64,000 nt of DNA, from the NCBI GenBank assembly GCA_951406725.2, contig OX597815.1, forward strand, positions 90,954,001 to 91,018,000. The letters are read 5' to 3'. Below, piece after piece: positions 1 through 12,936 of this stretch; the stretch's first letter is position 1, and each line of letters opens with the position of its first letter. The notes beneath the pieces were generated by a model that ran no database searches, was not told where the DNA came from, and worked only from the letters and a program-made list of their open reading frames with translations. The stretch is from Octopus vulgaris (taxonomy: Eukaryota). A program made the position numbers and the translations under genes.

Positions 1-1310
1 TGTGGGATTATGTCATAGGCTTTCCTATAATTTATCCATGTTATTGTTAGAGTTTTCTTTCTAGCTTTTACTTCATTTAGAACTGCTTTGTCTATATAGC
101 GTCCTTCTAGCCTTCTTCCTGCAACCTTTCTGTTCTTCTGATAGTAAACTCTGGCTGTCAACGTGCTTCTAAATGTTTTGTGAAAGCATTCCAGTTAACA
201 GCTTCCACACTGACGGTAAGCAAGTGATTAGTCGCTAGTTGCTAACTGTATTACGTATGCTCTTATCTTTATAATGAGTATTGCCCTCCCTCTAGTCATC
301 CAAACGGTATTATTCCTCCATTAAAGCAATCCTGAAATTGTTTCCTCAGCCTCTCATGTTAACTACCGAATTTCTTTAGCCAGTATCCTTGAACTAAATC
401 TGGTCCTGGGCCCTTCCAATTCGACATTTTTTCTAACCCTTTACTCACTAATGCACTAGTTAATCTTAGATCTGGCTGCTTCTCATTCACTAATTCTTCC
501 CTCACTTTATCCATACTGCATCTCCATTATGATTGGTTTATCCCAAATACTACTCCAGAACTTTCTAGCTTCTTCTGCATTAGGTTTCCCATCTTCAGTA
601 CTTCGTCCTCCACTATATATTCGGTTATAAAATCTCCTCTGGTCTGTCTCACTTGATTTATTCTGTTGATACTGATCTATTATTTTCTGATATCTGGAGA
701 GTTTTCCTGCAACTGCTATGATAGGCTGTTTCAACTCTTCTATTATTGTCCCAAATCCTTTCTCTTTGACTATCTTTCCTCGAGGCAAGATTTGCATCTT
801 TTGTTCCCTAACTTGATTGTTTTCCAGTCTTCTATTCTACTCAGAACTTTTCTCAAAGTCTTCACTTGATTTTGTAGTCTCCTTACTTCTTTACTCATTA
901 CTTCCTGCAACTCATCTAAAACCTTCTGATCTACCTCATTTAAATCACTTAAGTCGTTATTGCCAGTTGCCCCCTCTATATTGGTAGCGCTATAATAACT
1001 TTTTTCCTTTAGGTTCTTCTTTGGTTTGAGCTATATCTCTTATGTTGTTGTCGGCCTTTCCCACTGACAGTTCTTTTGTGATCTCTTCCCCTTCCAACTC
1101 TGTCATTCACTTTCTTCTCCTAATAGCATTAGCTTGATTAACTAATCTCTGCTCAATCACCTTAAACATACCCTTTTCTACCCAAATTGTTAACATCCGT
1201 TTTCTACAGCCCCCTACTTGTAGGCTCACTTTCTAAGTAGCACTGTATCCCTATCCTGTTTTCTTCGCTAGTCTGCTTCATCCTCCTTGTTCTATTATCT
1301 GCTGAAGCTA
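1..1310 (-). mobile_element. Decayed R4/Dong-type (RLE-clade) non-LTR retrotransposon, 5' half to start of RT; runs off the window edge
   Basis: Minus-strand translation gives EENRIGIQCYLESEP (~1260), KLSRYQKIIDQYQQNK..DQRRFY..PNAEEARKFWSSIWD (ORF 507-797), MSNWKGPGPDLVQGYWLKKF (~370-427), N*RLITCLPSVWKLLTG (~190-245) and WINYRKAYDIIP (1-40). Stops and frameshifts are present. The 5' end abuts an AAT-like repeat (1311-1368). Confidence 0.85.
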
Positions 1311-1368
1311 TATTATCATTATCGTTGTTATTATTATTATTATCATTATTATTATAATTACTATTATT

Positions 1369-1737
1369 TAGGCGGTGGGCTGGCAGAATCGTTAGCAATC
1401 CGGGTAAAATGCTTCGCGGCATTTCTTCCAGCTATACGGTCTAAGTTCAAATTCTACCGAGGTCGACTTTGCCTTTCATCCTTCCGGGAGTCGATAAAAT
1501 AAGTACCAGTTGAACACTGGGGTCGATGTAATCGACTCATACCCACCTCCTCCAAGCTGCCTTGGGGAACATGCTTATCGATATTTCGTCCGTCTTCACG
1601 TTCTTAGTTCAAACTCCGGTGAGTTCGGCTTTGCCTTTCATCCTGTTTTCGGTTCGATAAAATAAGTTGCAGTTGTGTACTTAGTCCATGTACTCGAGAG
1701 TCCCACCTCAAAGTTTAGGCGCTGTGCCTATAGTAGA

Positions 1738-1742
<5 letters not shown>
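1369..1742 (+). mobile_element. tRNA-derived SINE family A, one full copy plus a second partial copy, ending in (ATT)n
   Basis: A-box-like TGGCAGAATCG, B-box-like GTTCAAATT, conserved core GCCTTTCATCCTTCCGGGAGTCGATAAAATAAGTACCAG (resembles the Meta/MESC SINE domain, from memory), and tail GTGCCTATAGTAGAAAG followed by (ATT)n. Confidence 0.85.

Positions 1743-1816
<74 letters not shown>
1741..1816. repeat. (ATT)n microsatellite (SINE tail)
   Basis: Perfect trinucleotide run. Confidence 0.97.
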
Positions 1817-2275
1817 GAGTGAGAGAGCAGTGCCTGCCATCAAAGGGTAAAATATACGAAGCCCAGTATACCCATCCTGACTACCCATCTGATATGGGTA
1901 TACCAGGCACATGCATCACAACCATATGTGCGCGACAAGATAAAGTGCGCATGACCTTGCAGGTGGGGCCCAGTTAGAATTTTCTTCTGGTCGAGTAGCC
2001 CATCCCGCTCAAAAGGTCTCTGAATAAGGATTGTTAAGGATGTTGAACGAACCAACCATGTTTCCAAAGGTGAATTATCTAAACCTCTAAGAATTCCTTC
2101 CAGCACATGCTATGATGCTCCCCGACTACTTCTGCTCGTGGTCAGAGATGCACATATCGCCAACCATTAAGGGACATGGTCAACTGGTTAAGGTCAAACA
2201 GCTGACAAGCAAATCTATGGTATTGAGCAGAATATTTGCTGTGGCCTATCTTTTATACCAAGACAAAACAATGTA

Positions 2276-2278
<3 letters not shown>
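1817..2278 (-). mobile_element. Unclassified ~460-bp non-coding interspersed repeat flanked by (ATT/AAT)n on both sides
   Basis: Sharp boundaries against the ATT runs. Positions 2180-2278 match a second copy at ~24293-24388. Orientation is inferred. Confidence 0.6.
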
Positions 2279-2330
<52 letters not shown>

Positions 2331-2332
<2 letters not shown>

Positions 2333-2556
2333 GGCGGCAAGCTGACAGAATCGGTAGCATAACAAGCAAAATGCCTAGCGGTACTTCGTCCGTCCTTACG
2401 TTCTGAGTTCAAATTCCGCCGACATCGACTTTGCCTTTCATCCTTTCGGGATCGATAAATTAAGTACAAGTGAAATACTGGGGTCGATGTAATCGACTAG
2501 TTCCCTCCCTCAACATTTTAGGCCTTGTGCTTTTAGGAGAAAGGATTATTATTGTT
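2331..2556 (+). mobile_element. SINE family A, full copy
   Basis: AAGGCGGCAAGCTGACAGAATCGG head, core, then AGAAAGGATTATT tail. Confidence 0.9.
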
Positions 2557-2827
2557 ATTATGAAACAGTGGACTGCCAGAATCTTTATAAAGTTGAACAA
2601 AATGCATTGCATCATCTATTCCCATTCTTTACGTTCTGTCTTCAATTGCAAGCAAAATGAACGTTACGTTTCATACTTCCGGGAATCGCTCAAACAAGTA
2701 CTGCAGACGATTTAAATGAATAATACATTTATGGCTTTTGTGCCTATGTAAAAAAAAAAAATTAATTATACAAAATAATATTCGTTTATGTTGTGTCATT
2801 TCTGCATACATTATTTTCATTTAAATA

Positions 2828-3217
2828 TTCTTTTATTGGTTTCAGTCATTTAAATGGAACCATGCTGGGGCACCTCCTTTTAGTCGAAGACATCGACCGC
2901 TGGATTTATTCTTTGTAAGCTTGGAACTTATTCAATCGGTGTCTTATGCTGAACCGTTAAGTTACGGATACGTAAACATACTAACATTGCTTGTCAAGCG
3001 AATGGTGAGGTACAAACACAGAGACATATATAAGTATATACATATATATATATATATATATATACGAGAGGCTTCTTTCAGTTTCCGTCAACCAAATCTT
3101 CTCACAAGGCTCTGGTCGGCCCAAGGCTATAATAGACGGCACTTGCCCAAGGTGCCACGCAGTGGAACTGAATCCAGAACCAAGTAGTTGGGAAGCAAGC
3201 CTCTTACCATACAGCAA
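2828..3217 (-). mobile_element. tRNA-derived SINE family B (CORE-like), ~400 bp with internal TA tract
   Basis: Minus strand reads TGTATGGTAAGAGGCTTGCTTCCCAAC..GGATTCAGTTCCACTGCGTGGCACCTTGGGCAAGTG. A second copy lies at 50585-50999. Confidence 0.85.
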
Positions 3218-3671
3218 CAAGAGTGGAATTTAATTCATGGTTTCGATTCTTAGATAAAGTCATTCGAATTAATTTGTAGACAGAAAACAAGAATGGCCAC
3301 CATAAATACTGCTGCTCAGCTTTCCCTCTGTTTAAATGTTTTTTGTGTCTTATCGAAACAAACTAGTAATAAACAGTCTGTATCGGTAACCACAGTTTCA
3401 AAGCAATTCGCTGACGAAAACATTTTACCCAAGGGACAATGCACTTGGTTCCTTTATTTCTTGTTTTATACTATATGTGCAGTATTCAACAGCATCAAAA
3501 AACCTTAAATTTTTACCGTTTCACTACTAAAGTAGATACTTAGATGTGCTTATTTGTTTGAATAATGATTTCATGTTCGTAAAGCTACGAGTAAATTATC
3601 TCTGAAATACTTTATTTATTCGCTCCACACACGCACAACTTACACACTTACAGACACGAGCGCATGCATAA

Positions 3672-3684
3672 GTATGTGTGTGTG

Positions 3685-3748
<64 letters not shown>

Positions 3749-3762
3749 CATACATACATACA

Positions 3763-3798
<36 letters not shown>

Positions 3799-3977
3799 TG
3801 AATGTACATATATGTAATATATAAATACACTTACACATATACACGTGCATGGAATACACGCAGAGATATATACACATACATGCTGCAGGTGTGTTTCTAT
3901 TTTTATGTGTAAATATATTTGAATATATATATATATAAAATTATACGCATATCTACGTATACATATATATACCGATA

Positions 3978-4011
<34 letters not shown>

Positions 4012-4130
4012 CAGAGACATCACATGCATATACATACATGCGTATTCACATCTCTCTATATATGTATATATATATCATATAAATGTGTGTGTGTTTGTGT
4101 ATACATGAATATACATAAATATATATTTAT
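3672..4130. repeat. Compound (TA)n/(TACA)n/(GT)n microsatellite field
   Basis: Read directly from the sequence; it is the source of the YIYI/MYVC ORFs. Confidence 0.95.
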
Positions 4131-4264
4131 GTATAGCCTTTTACAAAAAAAATACAGCGTAAATTTAAGTTACGTTATATTATCATTATAGTCCCCCCAC
4201 CCCATATTATATATATATTCATACACACAAGCACAAATACGCATATATGTGTGTTTGTGTGTAG

Positions 4265-4298
<34 letters not shown>

Positions 4299-5503
4299 GC
4301 AAAGGAGAGTAAAAAATCAATTAGCAATCTTCCCCGATATCTCCCAAGTCAATCAGCCTGGCATCCTCTATTCCTCTTATCATATTTGATATCAGTGAAA
4401 CATCAAAGCTTACTTCGACAATATATATTGGTTTCCAGTTGAACTTGTCTTATTGATTACAAGATTTCTTTTCCAAATAGTTTGACTGATTAGATTCTAT
4501 CACAGTTCTCGGTAACATGGCACACATTTTTAGACTGTTGGTTGTTTTGTTTGGCACAAAATCAACCGTATTTGGTTTTGAATGAGGAGCAGTCAACTTG
4601 TAGCAGACAAAAATAATATTGATGCCATTCCCTCTTTCCCACGAATCTATTTTCAAGTTTGCAGTCACAGCTGCACCGAGAATCCTAGAACTGTAGGTCT
4701 AACGTATGTCTAAAAATATAAAAAAATATGTTCGTTACTCTCAGCCGTCCTGCTGGGGAAATCGACGTGGCAGTCATAGTAGTTGTGATAGGAGATAGAA
4801 TTGAATTTAGACCTTTGTTGTGCGGAAATAAAAAGCTAACATTAACAGCTAGCAAAAGAAACACTTGTCAGTCCCGCTAAGGAACGAAGGCAAAGTTGAT
4901 CATGAGGTTTGAACTTAGGTTTTGAGATCAAATCCAACGGTGATCAACTTTGCTTTTCATATCCTTATAAATAAAATATAGTATCAGTCAAGTACTGATG
5001 TAAATGACACTATAGACTATAACTTTTATCCACTAATTTCTGGTCGTGTGTGCAAAGTTAGATATTAATATTGCTCTAACATGAATGACTCGAATTTACA
5101 GTGGGTTGGACTGGTCATAATGCTAAGCCACCAAAATAAGACGAAGGACAGAAAATCTTTCTCCTATTGTGTACTTGGCAGTAATAGTTCGGAATATTGA
5201 TGATGATGATGATGATCACTACGACGATCGTGGTAGTGGTGGTGGTGGTGATGATGATGATGATGATGAAAGCACTCAAAAGGGAAGTCGTGTTGCTAAA
5301 CTGGAAGATGGGTTTTATGAAGTTCAACATTTTTTTCTGCTGCAGCATAACCTATATTTCCTGTATGCACTGTGCTTCTTGAAACTTGAAGGCTTAACAC
5401 TACACACACAGAGACTTCTTGTCAATTATACTTTGTTTCTACCACCCACAGCAATTTATCACAAATCCAGTTCTCAGTCTTTCTCTCCCCCTCTCCTCTC
5501 TCT

Positions 5504-5549
<46 letters not shown>

Positions 5550-6437
5550 TTAGTTCCTAATCGCGGTATTTCTTTTTTAGCTGCAAGAAGGAATCGTTCT
5601 TAATAAAGCTTTTATCGTCTTTGTATCATTTCTGGTGACGCCAACCAATATAAGAGATTCAACAATTTAGTTAAGCACAAATGCCGCTAATTCGGTATTA
5701 TATTTTCGTCAGATAATGTTTGTATTACTCCAGATATTCGAATAGATATAAGTTCTTTGAACGACAAGTTAATATCCTTGATTTCAATTTCTAGTTAAAG
5801 CAATTTTGCTCCACTTCGTTTATGGATGCGTTTTAACATAAATAATTCACGTAAAATATCGATAGAAGATTTTTTTTAATCGCTATATCCCGTCATATCT
5901 CAATTATTTGTCTACTTACGATCTCAAACAGTTTAAATGTATTTTTTTTAAACTTTAAACTGAGTTACTTTCATTCATACTTCACGTAAATTATTATTTA
6001 TATTTACTGGATTTCTTAACAGACATAGACTGGGTAAGTTTATTTCAATGAATCTAGCCAAAACAATTCATATTAATGCTTGTCGAATGCCGAAAACGCT
6101 GGTTGATTTCACTCACATGTCTGCTATCACTATCCCGGTCTGATTTACATAACTCTTCATAAAGCTTCTATTTTGTAGTATAATTAATCCATTACGTAAT
6201 CGTTCCATTCTTGTCTTCTTCTGAACATTACTAAATATATGCTAAGCAGTCTTATATACGAACAATTACCACACATAGTTTTACACGCATAAATACACAC
6301 AGACTTAATCAGATACGATTAGTCCTCCATCCGCTAAATACACACGTGCGAACAATCGTGAACACTCAACATACAGGCATGCTTGGAGACTCACGTACAA
6401 GTACCCAATAAACTGCATATAGTTCCACGAAGAACAT

Positions 6438-6479
<42 letters not shown>

Positions 6480-7859
6480 GTATGTAATAGCACATACCAC
6501 GCTCACACAATATTCGCAACCATTTGCATCCAGACACAATTCTGCAAATACTCGTAGCAACACACATCCACGCACATATCTAATCACGCATTTTACAGGA
6601 GATAATTTTACACCGTAGACAATGAAATATTCCCAGCAACCGTAACATTTATGCAGCAACACATGCATGGAAATGGTGTGTAAGAGAGAGAATCATATAG
6701 ATACTTGCTCACGAACATACACTTACAGACAGCTATCAGCAAAGCTATACATAACCAACCGAACATATTCCCATATCTACAACACATTATTTAACATAAA
6801 CCACGTACATACAGCCAGTTATGTAGTTTCAGATATGCAGTTCTATTAGTCACATGTACACTCACATACGTATATTCAAACACACAGTCACATATAGGAC
6901 CATGCAGAAGCACATATATTGTAAATCTACATGCTCACATATACGCTATCATCACTCGACTCTACTCTTGCAATCAGTGATGTACACTCAACTATACACG
7001 CAAATACACTAATATAACAATAACACAAGTATTTACATATGTTGATTACATGCATACGCACGCACAGGCACGCATAACCATATAAATACAACCGTACAGA
7101 TACACACACACACATACACATTAAGCTATAGAGACACATATAGTCTGACAAAACAATTACATACGCAACTTAATCAATAGAACATCTCTTGCTGTAAGAC
7201 AACAAGCTAAATAGTCCAAAAGAAAAACCAAGGAATTATTAAGAACTTAAATATCAACAATTTAATTTGTTATCTTCGGTGCAAAAAATCATATTTATTC
7301 TTTAATTCCATTTCATATAAACCACGTTATTGATTTCCTGTGTTCAGTTCCAATATTTAAACAATAGCTAAGAGAATTTCTGAGATATTTCCATTTCAAA
7401 TATCAAGACTAAAAACTTATTCAGACTGAAACATTTCACTAAATCATTAATTCAGTTGCTAGGGTGGTGGATTTGATTGAAGGAGAAGTACACAGTTTTA
7501 AACATCTTACAGCATTTACTTTCGTATCTCAATGTTCTTCCTGTTTGAAACGGTGGAGACGAAATGTCTTGTAGCTTTTGTTCCGATTCTTTACGTTATG
7601 AGGTCATTTGACTCCATCCTGCCAGGGTCGATGCAATAGACTATCACTGAAATGCTGGAGGCGATTTAAGCGACTACCGGTCTGTGCCAGCATGCAATGT
7701 ACTAAAACGATGCAGAAGCGCCTGGATATCTGCCCAACTCTGGGACTCTGTCAAAGGTGAAATGACACACTGGTTAGAGTATACTGCCTTCCCATCAATA
7801 TCATCTATTTAACACTCTTTAGTATTCCAATATATATACGTTAATATTCATTCACACCT

Positions 7860-8480
7860 AAGGCGGTGAACTGACAGAAACGTTAGCACGCCGGGCGAAC
7901 TGCTTAGCGGTATTTCGTCTGCCGCTACGTTTAGAGTTCAAAACGCCGAAGTCGACTTTATCTTTCCTCCTTTCGGGATAGATTAAATAAGTACCAGTTA
8001 CGCACTGGGGTCGATATAATCGACTTAATCCGTTTGTCTGCCCTTGTTTGTACCCTCTCTGTGTAGCCCCTTGTGGGCAGTAAAGAAATAGGTATTTCGC
8101 CTGCCGCTACGTTCTAAGTTGAAATTCCGCCGAGGTCGGCTTTGCTTTCATCCTTTCGGGGTCGATTAAATAAGTACCAGTAACGCACTGGGTCGATATA
8201 ATCGACTTAATCCGTTTGTCTGTCCTTGTTTGTTCCCTCAGTGTGTGTAGCACTTTGTGGGCAGTAAAGAAATAAGAATCGTTGGCATCTCTGGCACAGT
8301 GCTCAGCGGCATTTTGTCCATCTTTAGCTTCTGAGTTCAAATTCCGCCGAGGTCGACTTTACCTTTCATCCTTTCGGGGTCGATAAAATGAGCACCAGTT
8401 GAGTACTGAAGTCAATGAAATCGATTAATCCCTTCCCCCCGACCCTGCTCGCCTTGCGCCAAAGCTTACAATTAATATTC
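7860..8480 (+). mobile_element. SINE family A trimer: two Tx1-tailed units followed by an older ATT-type unit
   Basis: Junctions are TAAAGAAATA|GGTATTT at 8090/8091 and TAAAGAAATA|AGAATCG at 8274/8275. Confidence 0.9.
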
Positions 8481-8780
8481 ATTCGCACACACACGCACTC
8501 TTTTAAAAGCAAACCTCTTTAAAAAGTACAAATGAAAGAGAACCTATCTCAATGTTCAACTACTGCTCAGTTGTTACCCATGTCAAATATGCACTTCTTC
8601 GCTCAGAGGTCCGCAATTTTAATTAGGACCAAACCTTACAACAGATTTAAATCACTGAACTGGACACTTACCAATACTAATAAATTTGTGGTCTTGGATC
8701 CATGAAAATATCTTCTGACCTAAACAGTAGTTTAGCTTCAGTATCTTTTGTTTGAAATTATCCTCATTTAACTAACTTGG

Positions 8781-8808
8781 ACACACGCACGCACGCACAC
8801 ACACACAC

Positions 8809-8864
<56 letters not shown>

Positions 8865-8877
8865 ACTACACACACTA
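8781..8877. repeat. (CA)n microsatellite
   Basis: Read directly from the sequence. Confidence 0.95.
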
Positions 8878-9319
8878 CGCGTATGAATGAAATAAGTTCA
8901 AATAATAAACAAAAGTTGATTCAGTTGACTATACCCCTATCGGTTTTAGTACTTCCCGTTTACTTACAATAAAAGAAGAAAATGAAGAAAGCCTATAGCA
9001 CTGCAAAGCCTCACCATTTCATTCTTTCGTCGCCATCTCACAACTTGTTTTAGATTATAATTGTATAAGCATTACAAGACACCCTTTTACAATATTTGGG
9101 GGAAATGACTTCAGCATTTCAAAGTAATGGATCATTTATAAATGGTATATAATTCATAAAGCAAAGATTTCAGCGGGTATTCAAAAACAATGTAATGCAA
9201 CATTAAAATTTTTGTCGTATTTAAGCTATTTAAATTTTTAGTTTAAATTCTATTGATATCAACGTTGTCTGTCAACCTCGAGGATTTAATATATGAAGTA
9301 CTGTAAATAAAATATACCC

Positions 9320-9458
9320 AAATTCCGCAGAGGTTGACTTTGCTTTCCATCCTTTCAAGGTCGATAAAATAAGTATCAGTTGAGTACTGGGGTCTATGTA
9401 ATCGACTAACCAACTCACCCGAAACCGCTGGTCTTGTGCCAAAATTTAAAACCAATAT
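9320..9458 (+). mobile_element. SINE family A, 5'-truncated
   Basis: AATTCCGCAGAGGTTGACTTTGCTTTCCATCCTTTC..GTCGATAAAATAAG core plus tail. Confidence 0.8.
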
Positions 9459-10189
9459 AATATACCCAAATTATAGCATATGTGCCAATTTCAAAAATGA
9501 ATTATACAGTGTCTTTGATATTTTCTGCGTTGAACTGTTTATATTTTGACAGCAATTTGACGCAGTTGTAATTAATATGAGAAAAGTTAAACGAACAATA
9601 TTAACAACTGCCTATGTTACATGAACATTCTTCAGACATAAAGCCGATATTCAAACGTCTTTTGTGTCTCCTATTATATGTTCAAAGACACCTCAACTAT
9701 ACCTCTCTTTTATTTCTGATCAATTACGAACGTCACTTTAGTGTATATAATAACGTGTCTTATCATTCATTTTTAACATTGATGTATTGTTGGTCCATGA
9801 CTATAGAGTGCATTTATTTTTTTTAAAAAACATTTATTTTGATATATCATGTCTAATAAAGTTGTTTGTCATAAAATGTTGTAACAAAGTATATCTCATT
9901 GAATTTGCCAAATAGTAAAGATGAATCGAGTAGAAGAGAATGGACAACTGGTCGAATCGTAATGGTTATCAATCTGTCAGTTGAAGGATCGATACTTCGA
10001 ATCGCTGCACCTATGCATCTACGTGTGTATGGTAGACTTACGTAACTGACAACGCATAAGTACCTTAGATAACCTGAAACTACCTCTATAGACAACGACA
10101 ACATTCAACAGAGCAATTAAGGAGTCCTTTTAGTATTTAAATGATGTATACTTTTTTACTTTTTTACTTTGTGTGTGTATATGTATATA

Positions 10190-10233
<44 letters not shown>

Positions 10234-10304
10234 TGTATATATATGTATATAGATATATAGATATAGATATACATATAGATATAAATATTTGTACACACAT
10301 ACAT

Positions 10305-10350
<46 letters not shown>

Positions 10351-11467
10351 GGCCATCTTAAATTTCCTGAGCCCAGGAAGTTTATTAGGAGATTGGTGTC
10401 AGAGATAATGAATACAGTAAAGATGTGATGAATGCGGTGGTGGGGAAAATGGGAATTGTGAAGGACGAAGAAAGATACAAAACGCGCAATAATGCTGTGA
10501 AACTGCGAATACGCTCTGCATGTGCGATTTCGTTTGACTATATCTCTCGAAGAGGCGCTAACAGATGTCCCTATGGCTTTGTGTTTTCAGATCGCTTATT
10601 CACAGAAATGTTCAAACGAAACTGTTCCAGCTACAGCTAAGGCGTATTCGCGGGTTCATAGGGTTAAGAGACAACTGAAATTGGCAATTAACCGCTTCCT
10701 ATTCATACTGAAACGACTTTTGAGTCACCTTATACAATAGAAGGATATTTTACTATAATAGATCGTTGGAATTGAACTTAGAAAAATCATTGAACAAAAA
10801 TAATTTCCTCAATGGCTACATAAAAATAAAGTGACTAAAAGTGACGTATATATTTGTAGAATATAACACATTCATAATACACAGAGGTGAGTACTAGTAA
10901 AAAATTTGCGATTTACCATCTTAGCTGTTACTTCTTATTTGTTATTTATTCTTTATACCTCCTCTACCTCTAGCATAACGGTTTGCACCAAAAACACTTT
11001 GCTGTCAATAACTTAAACCTTGTATGACTAGTGCGTAATTCATGAGCGTCAAGATTTAATCAATGTCACTCCGTTGTTAAGGGAAATGATTCGGTCCAAG
11101 GTAGGTAGATATACAACATAGTGTTTTGTGGAACGGTGTCAGGGAAAATAACAATCATCAATAAAGCATTTTTATTTATTATATACATGACTGTATTGCC
11201 AAAGTTAATTTGGGTGGCAATTTGAAGTATCAAATTAAGACAAAATACGAACTGAATCACTCTGAATTGTTGCAGTTCACCAATGAAGGGATATACATAA
11301 TAATCGTTCAAACGATGCAACAACGAGGTTAACATAAGCTGTCGCTATCGATAATTACATAATGTTCTAGAATGGCATTTAAGACATTGGTCCGTAGAGA
11401 TATTGTAAAGATGTCTCTATATTTTATTTGAAGTTAACCACGTTGCAAAATATCAATTCAGCGCAGC

Positions 11468-11537
<70 letters not shown>
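11468..11537. repeat. (AAT)n microsatellite at the 5' junction of the R4/Dong fragment
   Basis: Perfect run. Confidence 0.97.
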
Positions 11538-11540
<3 letters not shown>

Positions 11541-12296
11541 GAAACGGAGGCTCTAATCTGTGCTGCCCAAGAGCAAGCATTAAGAACCAATTACATAAAA
11601 TACAGAATAGACAACACATCAGAAAGTGATAAGTGCAGAATTTGTAGACAAAATGATGAAACCCTATTGCATATTACCAGTCAATGTACACCATTAGCCC
11701 AGAAAGAATGTAAGAGATGTCGTAACAATATAGCAAGGATTGTCCATTGGACACTTTGCAATAAGTATGGACTTGACGGAGCAAAAAAATTGACCCGAAC
11801 AGAAACCAGACGTCATCCTCGAAAATGATAATATAAAAAAACTATGGGATTTTATGATTCAGTGCGACTATCAGATAGAGAATATGAAGCCAAACATAGT
11901 GTTAATTGAGAAAGAAAGCAAACGATGCTGGTTATAGCATGTCAAACTGACAATAAGGTATGCGATAACGGAGAAAGAAAAGTTGATAGATATAACAGGT
12001 TAGCTTGGGAGGTTAAGCAGTTGTTGTCGATGAAGAAGGTGGTAGTAATACCAATAATTGTTGGCTCACTGGGAACAGTGATTAAAAATCTTGAGAAGTA
12101 AATGCAACAAACAGGGGCTACAATAACGAAGGAGTACTTGCAGAAAACAGCACTGCTTGGAACCGCTCGAATACTCCGGAAGGTGCTCGAAAAATAAGGA
12201 GTGTTACCTTAGTTCACTGGCAGTGAACAGCTGGCACCATAGTACGTCTCCAGCGTTAGAGGCTGTGCAAAGACAATGAACAACAACAACAACAAC
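11538..12296 (+). mobile_element. 5'-truncated R4/Dong-type retrotransposon 3' end (zinc knuckle, restriction-like endonuclease, 3' UTR), decayed
   Basis: ETEALICAAQEQALRTNY; CRIC..ETLLHITSQC (CCHC); KPNIVLIEK; IPIIVGSLG; LQKTALLGTARILRKVLEK* (stop ~12197). The 3' UTR has the hairpin GTTCACT-GGC-AGTGAAC (12212-12228) and is followed by (AAC)n. Confidence 0.9.
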
Positions 12297-12936
12297 ACTC
12301 ATTAATTTTACAGTGCTACCGCTACAGTTGAGCGTTGAGTGTCATATAGAAATCAGGATACTAATTAACGGCTCTTTAAATATTGATGCACCATTCTGTT
12401 CACCATATCCTAGCAGTTCCTGGCTTAAACACATTAATTTTTAAAATGTCTTTAGAATTAGTATCAGGGTTAAATGATTTGCGTAACCAAATCCGAATAT
12501 ATTGATTTGTTTTAACTAACCACAAATGGCATTCATTTATAGGAAAATACACGTATATATTGCAACGCTTATACATTTCTTGAGTATACTAATCGCGAAA
12601 TTAAATAACATCTAATTAGATTCACACCACATAGCAAATTTACACGACCAATAACTTTCTCTTTATACAAAGAGGTTTGTGATTGTGGAGTTTAATGGTA
12701 CTTGTTAGTTTCATAATTTAAATTTGTAATCAAAATATGTTTACGCATTTGTGATGGTCTTGCTCCTGCTACTTTTGTTATTGCTTCTGCTGCTGCGGCT
12801 TCTGCTGCAGCTGCTGCTGCTTGCCTACACAATCTGGTCTGCATCGAAAACATCCTCCAGCAGCTGGGTAGAAAACAACCATTGGTTCACATATTCGTTG
12901 TTTCTGTTCAATGTCTACCCTGCTAATATTACATGA

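Noticed and set aside
1369-1460. SINE heads as functional tRNA genes
   Set aside because: A and B boxes are present, but they run on into SINE core and tail sequence, and I see no intact cloverleaf.
4450-4710. Cys-rich minus-strand frame after a good splice acceptor
   Set aside because: It has in-frame stops and no recognisable domain.
7860-8480. SINE multimers as CRISPR array or hammerhead retrozyme
   Set aside because: There are no unique spacers or cas genes, and I found no CTGANGA/GAAA core in the unit on either strand.
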